Below, piece after piece: positions 6,951 through 14,090 of a stretch of DNA of 15,972 nt; positions within the stretch are counted from its first letter, which is position 1; every line of letters begins with the position of its first letter. The notes beneath the pieces were generated by a model that worked only from the letters and a program-made list of their open reading frames with translations, had not been told where the DNA came from and made no database searches. Location: IMG/VR virus record IMGVR_UViG_3300021426_000084; one strand, 5' to 3'. Both the position numbers and the translations under genes were made by a program. The stretch comes from a virus. Lineage: Duplodnaviria > Heunggongvirae > Uroviricota > Caudoviricetes.

Positions 6951-7772
6951 ATGGAAACACAAAAAGATACAAAAAATACTCAGGGGGCTGACCCTATCCT
7001 CAGCTTCCTGAATGATACCATCGATACATTGCTTACGCCTGAAGAAAAACAGGAGAAAAAGCAAGAACCCATCGATGTCACACCCACGCCCAGAGAGACG
7101 GAAGAAGCAGAGCCGGCGCCAAAAGAAGTAAAAAGCGTCGACCAGATTGCTGATGAATTTGCACAGGAAGTTGCAAAAAATGTACAGGAGGAAATCAAAA
7201 TGAGTGAACAGAAAGAAACACAGGTAACCATCGACAGTGAAACCGGCGAGGTAGTGCAGGAGAGGTTCTCCAAGACCTTTGAGAACCGTCAGGAAGCCAA
7301 CAACCTGTTGGACTTGCTGGACAGCCTTGGTTATGAAGACAGCTATGAAACCAGCGATGGTGGCAAGACGGTTATCCTCTCTGGTGTTAACGCCGAGGAT
7401 TTACAGCTTATCCAGCGCAAGGCAAACATCAAGCTCTGGTCAGACCGCACGCAGGCAGTTGCCAAAGCCGTCACCACGTTTGCAACCGATGTGGCAGACT
7501 ATGCTTTGAATGGCGCACTTGCTCCGACGGCAGGGGCTGTCGTAAATGCCGGTATGACCACAGGCAGGGTTGTTGCGACTGCCGCTGTTTCGGTTGGCGC
7601 CGCAACGCTTGCTACGACTATCCGCAACGGCAGAGCCGCTGCCCGCGAACTTTCCCGCAATAAGGACGTTCGGGACGCCTGGAATGAAGTGAAAGGTTTG
7701 GGCTCCGATATTGGCGGCTTGCTCTTTGGCTCCAAAGGCGGCACTAAATCCGACTGGACAACGTGTGCCTGA
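6951..7772 (+). CDS. Hypothetical protein: acidic disordered N-terminus, Ala/Gly/Val/Thr-rich amphipathic C-terminus; second in-frame start at 7200
   Basis: AGGAGG at 6938-6943 and again at 7186-7191, 8 nt before in-frame ATG 7200. Confidence 0.85.
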   Translation: METQKDTKNTQGADPILSFLNDTIDTLLTPEEKQEKKQEPIDVTPTPRETEEAEPAPKEVKSVDQIADEFAQEVAKNVQEEIKMSEQKETQVTIDSETGEVVQERFSKTFENRQEANNLLDLLDSLGYEDSYETSDGGKTVILSGVNAEDLQLIQRKANIKLWSDRTQAVAKAVTTFATDVADYALNGALAPTAGAVVNAGMTTGRVVATAAVSVGAATLATTIRNGRAAARELSRNKDVRDAWNEVKGLGSDIGGLLFGSKGGTKSDWTTCA

Positions 7773-7786
7773 TTTACAGAAAAACG

Positions 7787-7820
7787 TCCGTCCGCAATTT
7801 CGCGGGCGGATTGTTTTTTT
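7787..7820 (+). terminator. Intrinsic terminator
   Basis: TCCGTCCGC / GCGGGCGGA stem followed by TTGTTTTTTT, directly after the 7772 stop. Confidence 0.75.
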
Positions 7821-7855
7821 ACGCATACTTAAATAACCCGAAGGAGGATACTGTT

Positions 7856-7990
7856 ATTCTTGCACTGCTATACGCTCTGTTCGAGATAGGTTCCGAAATG
7901 AACCAGATTATCGAAATAGAGATAGAGAAAGACCAGCGCGAAATCCAAAGGCTCAAAGAGGAGCAACGAAAACTTCGCGCCCGTAAGTAA
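7856..7990 (+). CDS. Possible small protein (hydrophobic N-terminus + charged coiled coil) with ATT start, or pseudogene
   Basis: Perfect AAGGAGG 7841-7847 followed 8 nt later by in-frame ATT rather than ATG; alternative ATG at 7898. Confidence 0.35.
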   Translation: MLALLYALFEIGSEMNQIIEIEIEKDQREIQRLKEEQRKLRARK

Positions 7991-8430
7991 TCCTGCCGCA
8001 GAAATTCGTACTCATGAAAGGAGTGAGATAAGCACCATGGTTGTTGTGACATATTTAGAAAAGCTATACAGATTATCCAGAACACTAACCCATCCCAGAA
8101 CAATAGCTTATGTCACAAATACCAAAACTGATATGGTTGCCAGCCCCTTCCCCACCCAAAAGAGACAAGAAGAAAGACCTCTAAGACACTTTTTGGTTAA
8201 ACAAACTGTTAAGTGTCTGCACACATCCCGGTTGGGACTTATCATCGCCCGGCCGCAGAACTGCACCACGGGAGATATTAAGGCACCACCCCATATATAG
8301 GCTCCAGGCCTTCAGCCTAACCTTATGAGCGCAGATTGATATACTTGTTCGGTCAGACCTTGTGAGCGCAGACAAAATAAGAAACTGCCTGACAGGCGAA
8401 CAAGAAAAATCAAAAGCTCATATTTTGTTA

Positions 8431-8705
8431 GTGCGAGCGAGCGAAGCGAGCGAGCACATCAAACAATATTTAATCCCCAAACAACTAATCAAACAAGCGA
8501 AAAGAACAGAGCTTGTTTATATATGCGAGCGTAGCGAGCATATAAAAAGAAAACAAATATTTAAAAAAGCATACTAACTTTTACAGACATTGTAAAAAAT
8601 AGTATACGACCTACCCGAAGGGCAGAACGAAATATATACATGAAATGACAAAAGAATGTATATATTAAGTCATGCCCCTATTAAGGGGCGAACGAAGTGA
8701 GCCCC
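8431..8705 (+). repeat. Cluster of four GNA-triloop hairpins on the + strand, three with tandem GA/GA mismatches
   Basis: GTGC-GA-GC-GA-GC-GAA-GC-GA-GC-GA-GCAC (8431-8457); TATATGC-GA-GC-GTA-GC-GA-GCATATA (8520-8544); CCC-GAA-GGG (8614-8622); GGGGC-GA-AC-GAA-GT-GA-GCCCC (8685-8705). Confidence 0.8.
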
Positions 8706-8859
8706 GGCAAACACTCATGCGGAAAGATATCACCTATATAGTCTATCAGAGACAAAAAGCGGATATCTTTTTGTAAGATTACCTCTTTACTTAAAAGAAC
8801 GAGTTCTATATCTCCGCCCGCAAAGAGTTCTTACATCTTCTCCGCATGGAAATAACCAC

Positions 8860-8898
8860 GCGCGTCCTCCGGCGCGCAAATTGTACTGTTCTTTATGT
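8860..8898 (+). repeat. Degenerate triloop hairpin + tail, copy G
   Basis: GCGCG(T)CC-TCC-GGCGCGC (8860-8877), TTGTACTGTTCTTTATG at 8881 (13/17 identical to the tail of copy A). Confidence 0.55.
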
Positions 8899-9120
8899 GT
8901 ATATCTCATATCCACCAACAGAGAGAGGTAGACTGTATACGTTATCTCTCTCTTTCCCTATCACATATTCTTTTATATCTCCTAATCCCCTTTATTATAT
9001 ATGCAGCACGCATACTCATTATATGTGTGTAAGAAATAAGGGTGTATATATAAGAGCTATTAGGATAAAAAAAGAAATATATGAATGAATGAATGTACAT
9101 ATAGAGAACGGTATAATTTA

Positions 9121-9144
9121 GCGGGCGAGCGTAAGCGAGCCCGC
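9121..9144 (+). repeat. Tandem-GA hairpin, left flank of the Bro/Rha gene
   Basis: GCGGGC-GA-GC-GTAA-GC-GA-GCCCGC. Confidence 0.8.
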
Positions 9145-9194
9145 ATAACCCAAGCCGCGTCAGGTAAATGACAGTCAGAAAGGAAGATTATGTC

Positions 9195-11180
9195 ATGGAT
9201 AGTATAGACATCATCCACGTAGCAGACAAAAAGCTTATCTCCAGCAAAGAGATAGCAAGGCTGTATAAAATCAAGCATGCAGAACTCTTTGAGTTTATTG
9301 AAGCCCTGTGTAAGTTTGATCCTTACGAAAGGGCATTATTCCAAAAAGCCGAAGGTCATTACCTTATGGAAGAAAAAGGTTTTCTGGCCATACTGACGTA
9401 CGCGTCTCTTGATAAAGAGCGTGACAACATTAAGACAGAGGTGTGTAAGATGTTGAGTAAAAATAGCAAAGGCAAATCCAAAGACAAAATTCCGGCACAG
9501 AATTTACCCGCTGCAGAACCGGAGCAAATTTTTACCGCCCACGGCGAAAGAGTCAAATTTTTGACAGATTTTCAAATTGGCGGACAGAATTATCATCTCT
9601 ACGACGCAGGTATGCAAAATTTGCTGGTCAAAGCCACAGATTTATGCGCATGGCTAAATTTTGTAAAACGTTCGTGGGGAGGATATGATGGCAGCAGACT
9701 GGCGAAAAACCTCGGCGCCGATGAAAAGATAAAAGTCAATATCATAGAGGTATTGGGTAACAAGAGTAGGATACGCAAGCAGTGGCTTGTGACTCTGGAC
9801 GCTGTTCAGAAGATTATTAACTCTGATACTTATCGCGAGCGCATGGATAAGGATATCAGAGAAAGCCTCAACAAGATGATTGACGACATGAACTCCTCCA
9901 CGGTAGGAGAGTCTCCTAAACCTATTGTCATCCCGGATACAAAAGTACAGGTTCAAGAGAAGCTCCCCGACTGGTTCGCTTGTGAGGTGGTTGGCAGCAA
10001 TGACGATATGGAATGGCTGAATGAACTGCCGCCCGAAAAGAATATCACTCCACAAGAGAAAACCGAAGGAGAGGCAGATGGAGAGAGCGCTAAACCCATG
10101 AGCGCAGAATTACAGATTGTAACCGAGCAGGAAGTGCTTGGCAGAAACTTTACCGTGTATGGCACGGCAGAAGAACCATTGTTCCTGGCCAAGGACGTGG
10201 CTGAGATGATTGAGTACGACAGATCTTCCGTACACAAAATGTTGAATACGGTTGAGGAGGAAGAAAAGGTTCGGAAGATTGTTCCGACCCCTGGTGGAGT
10301 ACAAGAGTCATGGTTCCTTACCGAAGATGGTCTGTATGAAGTCTTAATGCAGTCCCGCAAACCAATCGCCAAGCAATTCAAGAAGCAGGTTAAGGCAATC
10401 TTAAAACAGATTCGCAAAACCGGAGCGTATATGTCCCCGCAAGTTGCGGCAGATATACAGCAGGTCATTGTACAAAACTCTGAGGCAATGAAGCAGTTTG
10501 GTCATCTGGTTATGCAAAACTCACAGATTGCTGCACAAAATACGCAGCTTATGGCTCAGCTCGTACAAATGATGACTGAGCGCATAGATAAGAATGGTGA
10601 GCTCGTATCAAGAATCAGCACAGCTGTAGAACAGTCTGCTCAGAATACAAACCTCATCAGTAAGATGGTTAATCAGCTCGGGCGCAATATTACTACGGCC
10701 ATCAAAGACGCAAATACTACGCCGGCCTTGACTGCCACGGATAATAATCTGCCTGCAGGTAACAGTGAACCGGATATCACTGGCTGCATAACCCTGAAAG
10801 CGGCTGCGGAGAAACATGGTTTCTATACCATCAAAACAGGTAAGCCGAATTATTCACTGGTAGCAGACATCTTAAAATATGGCTGCGGTATAATGCTTAC
10901 CGTTATCCCAGGATACAAAGATGACTATATCATAGTCAAACCGACTGTATCCGTCCGCGGCGATATTCGTCCATGTATCTTCTTAACAGTTAAAGCTCAG
11001 ATTAAGTTAAATAACTATATAGTATGCCATATCCATAAGATACTGAAAGTAGAGACTTATAAGAGAGCTTACAACCATAAGTTAAAAGGAGACTGGAGAT
11101 TTGACTACATACAGTTCCCAGGCAGGAGGAGACACATCATTGCCAACAAGAATGGTATGGTTAAAAAATTCGCCGCGTAA
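9195..11180 (+). CDS. Multidomain phage antirepressor-like protein: Rha-like N-terminus, degenerate Bro-N, canonical Bro-N, Gln/Asn coiled coil, C-terminal domain; ends ...KKFAA
   Basis: ISSKEIARLYKIKHAEL resembles Rha-family starts; GTAEEPLFLAKDVAEMIEY...FLTEDGLYEVLMQSRKPIAKQFKKQV..IRKTGAY is a typical Bro-N; GAAAGGAAG RBS favours ATG 9195 over 9168. Confidence 0.85.
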   Translation: MDSIDIIHVADKKLISSKEIARLYKIKHAELFEFIEALCKFDPYERALFQKAEGHYLMEEKGFLAILTYASLDKERDNIKTEVCKMLSKNSKGKSKDKIPAQNLPAAEPEQIFTAHGERVKFLTDFQIGGQNYHLYDAGMQNLLVKATDLCAWLNFVKRSWGGYDGSRLAKNLGADEKIKVNIIEVLGNKSRIRKQWLVTLDAVQKIINSDTYRERMDKDIRESLNKMIDDMNSSTVGESPKPIVIPDTKVQVQEKLPDWFACEVVGSNDDMEWLNELPPEKNITPQEKTEGEADGESAKPMSAELQIVTEQEVLGRNFTVYGTAEEPLFLAKDVAEMIEYDRSSVHKMLNTVEEEEKVRKIVPTPGGVQESWFLTEDGLYEVLMQSRKPIAKQFKKQVKAILKQIRKTGAYMSPQVAADIQQVIVQNSEAMKQFGHLVMQNSQIAAQNTQLMAQLVQMMTERIDKNGELVSRISTAVEQSAQNTNLISKMVNQLGRNITTAIKDANTTPALTATDNNLPAGNSEPDITGCITLKAAAEKHGFYTIKTGKPNYSLVADILKYGCGIMLTVIPGYKDDYIIVKPTVSVRGDIRPCIFLTVKAQIKLNNYIVCHIHKILKVETYKRAYNHKLKGDWRFDYIQFPGRRRHIIANKNGMVKKFAA

Positions 11181-11270
11181 AATGCACGTATAAGGCCGCA
11201 GATTATTTTCTCGTATCCCCATACGGGAAATACATAATGTGCAAATAAAGGCCCATATACGATGAAAAAA

Positions 11271-11294
11271 GCCGGCGAGCGTAAGCGAGCCGGC
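11271..11294 (+). repeat. Tandem-GA hairpin, right flank of the Bro/Rha gene
   Basis: GCCGGC-GA-GC-GTAA-GC-GA-GCCGGC; same core as 9121-9144 with compensatory outer stem. Confidence 0.8.
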
Positions 11295-11395
11295 AAACAT
11301 ATATATGCGCGCCAAAATTTTACGGGACCATTCAGGTCTCCTTAAAATAGCGTATATATTATCCCCTATAAGTCATATAGGATCATTTAGACCTT

Positions 11396-11481
11396 ATGAG
11401 CGCAGCTCATTTATGCCCGACATACCCATACAGGAGTATTCCCCTTAAAAAAGCATAAGGGAAGCCCACAGCGCGAAGCGC
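11396..11481 (+). repeat. Two GNA-triloop mini-hairpins
   Basis: ATGAGC-GCA-GCTCAT (11396-11410); GCGC-GAA-GCGC (11471-11481); CCTTRTGAGCGCAG is also present at 8321-8334 and 8358-8371. Confidence 0.65.
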
Positions 11482-11637
11482 ACAATTTTTCAAGAGTGTA
11501 AACTAGGTATACTGTACAAGTACAACAGTATTGCAACTATGATACAGGAGACCAAAATCAGGGAAAATTATTTATTTATCCCCTAGAGGGAAATAACACT
11601 TTTCCCAAAACAGGTTTACACTTTTGCAAAATTCTGC
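11480..11637. repeat. 24-bp imperfect inverted repeat, 110 bp apart
   Basis: GCACAATTTTTCAAGAGTGTAAAC (11480-11503) vs reverse complement of 11614-11637 (GCAGAATTTTGCAAAAGTGTAAAC), 21/24; internal hairpin ATACTGT/ACAGTAT. Confidence 0.7.
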
Positions 11638-12300
11638 AGTACGAGATGTGGTACTCCAGGGTCAAATATACAGATATATTTGCGGAGAGGCATACCAAAA
11701 ACCCTAAGCCAATATATGAGTGATACGCTTATATGAGACGCAAGTAAGAAGGTAAGTAAGAAGGAAAAGGAAGAGCTGAAAATAGCTCTGAGAAAACGAC
11801 TTCAAAAATGCTCCTCAGTGGCCTCAAAAGGCCTCTCCAGTGCATTTGAAGAGAAAATTTTCCGAAACGGCGTCGAAGATAAGAAAACGCTCACAGATGG
11901 CTTAAAACGGCCAATTTGGGAAGCCGTGTTGTACACGCTTTTCACACGAGATTATGCGCCTTTCTTGCGCATATGATATGCGAGGTGTGCAAAATCGTAA
12001 AGTAAAACCGGCTTCGTTTTTGCAAAATAGGTAAATTTTTACCTTATGTTAGGAGTTGCACCTGGCTCGCCCCACAAATACAAAGCTACATAAAGCTGTA
12101 TAGGGCCGCATATCGCGCGAATACATGAGCGCGTCGCCCCGCAAAGCAGTAGCTCTCTCCACATACGTACAACGCTGCTCCACCAACAAATACAAGGTTA
12201 GAATCCCATAGGGCGTAGCCCAGAGACAAAGAAAGCATGTTAAAACCGGAAAATATTTTTCCTTAATTACAAGCTCTATAGAATTTTGTACACACCCTTC

Positions 12301-12330
12301 TTGACAATGAGGGGTTTTAACGTGTATATT
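12301..12330 (+). promoter_or_regulatory. sigmaA-type promoter of the right-hand gene block
   Basis: TTGACA (12301-12306), 18 bp, TATATT (12325-12330). Confidence 0.65.
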
Positions 12331-12384
12331 ATGTGTAAGAAGTAAGTAAGAAGGTAGCCACAAGTGAGGTGTAAGACAGATTAT

Positions 12385-12963
12385 ATGTTGACCGGTATAT
12401 TGAAGATGATGTTAGGTGTAGAAGAAAAACCGAAAGAAGATAAAGCTACGTCTAAGAAAGAGTCCAAGGATATCATACATCCCTTCCCTAATGCTCCGGT
12501 AAAGATTGACTTTATCTCCAGTAAGCTTATGGGGAGATACTGTCCGGAGTATATTGCCGCGCCCGGAGGAAGGATTTTTACGGTAGCAGAAGAAGATATC
12601 CTTGCAAAGGCGATGTTTGCCGCCTGTGTGCGTTACTACAACTATCCTATCACCAAGAGTACGATTGATTCATTTGAAGCATTTGTCGTACAAAAATGTA
12701 GGGAAAGGTCTGTTAAGGACACTGTTGTTAAGAAGTATAACACCCTACAGGAACAATTGAATGAGCTTAATATTCGCGTAGAAGATACTTTCGCGCGCAA
12801 TCATCCCAATCGTATGTATAGGCATAATCCAGATAGAGAGTACCTGAACATGTGTAGTGTTTATGAACAGAATCAGGCTTATAAAGAATTCGCAAAGAAG
12901 TTGGATACGGAAAAAGAATTACGCAAAAAGGAATATGAGAAGTATAGGAGTATCTGGTATTAA
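12385..12963 (+). CDS. Hypothetical protein
   Basis: Long ORF (track 12364-12963); start uncertain (GTG 12364, ATG 12385 or 12406). Confidence 0.75.
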   Translation: MLTGILKMMLGVEEKPKEDKATSKKESKDIIHPFPNAPVKIDFISSKLMGRYCPEYIAAPGGRIFTVAEEDILAKAMFAACVRYYNYPITKSTIDSFEAFVVQKCRERSVKDTVVKKYNTLQEQLNELNIRVEDTFARNHPNRMYRHNPDREYLNMCSVYEQNQAYKEFAKKLDTEKELRKKEYEKYRSIWY

Positions 12964-13048
12964 CAGCTGAGACGGAAAATAATGCGCGCGAGGTATTAGG
13001 ATATAGTCTGAATATTTCGGATATTTAATAGAAGGAGCAAGAAGAAAA

Positions 13049-13909
13049 ATGGATATATATAAACTGGAAAAAGAATACAACGAAGTTAAGTTTCATGGTA
13101 AGAGCTTCTTAACAGCCGATGAGGATTATTGGCGGGCGGTAGTAAACAGCTTCATAAAAGACAGTGTAAGGAGCCAGACGTCCGTAGATATTGAAAAGTA
13201 TATGGAGCTTAGAACTATACTGTTCTATGAGGCAGTAGACAGCTGCGAATCATGTGAGAACGGGGCCGGCATGCGTCATGTAGAAATGTTAAACTGCCTG
13301 TTAACATTAGACACAGCAGTACATAACATGGTTATGGATAAATACGAACATTGGAAGAGTTTTACTGAAAACTACAAAGAGCTGACCGATAAGCTATTTA
13401 ATCTGGAGGACGACAAAGTGTATCCCGCCGCTGTTGCTATAAACAGTAAAGCTCTTGAATTGAATATTGCATTGCCGGCACAGGCGCTGGCTGATAAGTT
13501 ATTCTACGCTGAGCAGTATGAAAAGGAGTGTGGAGAATGCTCCGGTAGTATCTTTGCCAATGTTCGTCGTGACTATATAACGCTTAGGGATTTGAAGGAG
13601 CTGCAGGAGAAGAGTATTTTTGGCGTCGTACAGGAAACTCCCTGTATTGTTGTCTATAAGAGCTTCTTTAATGGTGACGAGAACGACGTGGAAAACGATA
13701 AAGAGCTGCGCGCCGACTATTTGATACGTGTACAGTTTGGCAGTCATTACAACAGTATCCGTCAAAAAAGACATGTAAAACGTGAATATCTCGAACGTGC
13801 TCTGCAAAAAGCAGAGAAGTATGAGAATGGAGCATATGGTTTGCTGCCGGAAGCGATGAAGAAATTGAGAGGATATGCAACTAATGGAAACGAATGCGCG
13901 AAAAATTGA
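13049..13909 (+). CDS. Hypothetical alpha-helical protein
   Basis: AAGGAG RBS; 286-aa ORF. Confidence 0.8.
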   Translation: MDIYKLEKEYNEVKFHGKSFLTADEDYWRAVVNSFIKDSVRSQTSVDIEKYMELRTILFYEAVDSCESCENGAGMRHVEMLNCLLTLDTAVHNMVMDKYEHWKSFTENYKELTDKLFNLEDDKVYPAAVAINSKALELNIALPAQALADKLFYAEQYEKECGECSGSIFANVRRDYITLRDLKELQEKSIFGVVQETPCIVVYKSFFNGDENDVENDKELRADYLIRVQFGSHYNSIRQKRHVKREYLERALQKAEKYENGAYGLLPEAMKKLRGYATNGNECAKN

Positions 13910-14078
13910 TGAACTACAAGATTGTATGGCCAGTGCTAAGGAAATTACTTTGTCAGGCAATGAGGCCTTCAAAATATACTGCAAGCTGCGCAGATGTGAC
14001 GAACTGCAGGAAGAGAATGACAAGCTGAAAAGAATTTTCCGTGACATTAAACAGAGAATGAGTTATGTAAGCGTATGA
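13884..14078 (+). CDS. Small coiled-coil hypothetical protein
   Basis: GAGAGGA RBS, overlaps the upstream gene end; start 13875 or 13884. Confidence 0.65.
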   Translation: METNARKIDELQDCMASAKEITLSGNEAFKIYCKLRRCDELQEENDKLKRIFRDIKQRMSYVSV

Positions 14079-14090
14079 GGGGATAAGATT

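Noticed and set aside
8796-8807. Firmicute SOS (GAAC-N4-GTTC) box
   Set aside because: AGAACGAGTTCT has only a 2-nt spacer
8037-9088. ORFs 8037-8300, 8362-8577 and 8846-9088
   Set aside because: Weak or distant RBS, atypical composition, and the last two translate across hairpin repeats; 8037-8300 cannot be fully excluded
570-11180. GCWGC restriction-site avoidance as the reason all AA ends read GCSGC
   Set aside because: GCAGC/GCTGC occur elsewhere in the window (e.g. ~86-95, ~591, ~1004), so avoidance is not evident; the bias is kept only as a caveat
8300-12380. DnaA-box replication origin
   Set aside because: No TTWTNCACA boxes or clear iteron array found by eye
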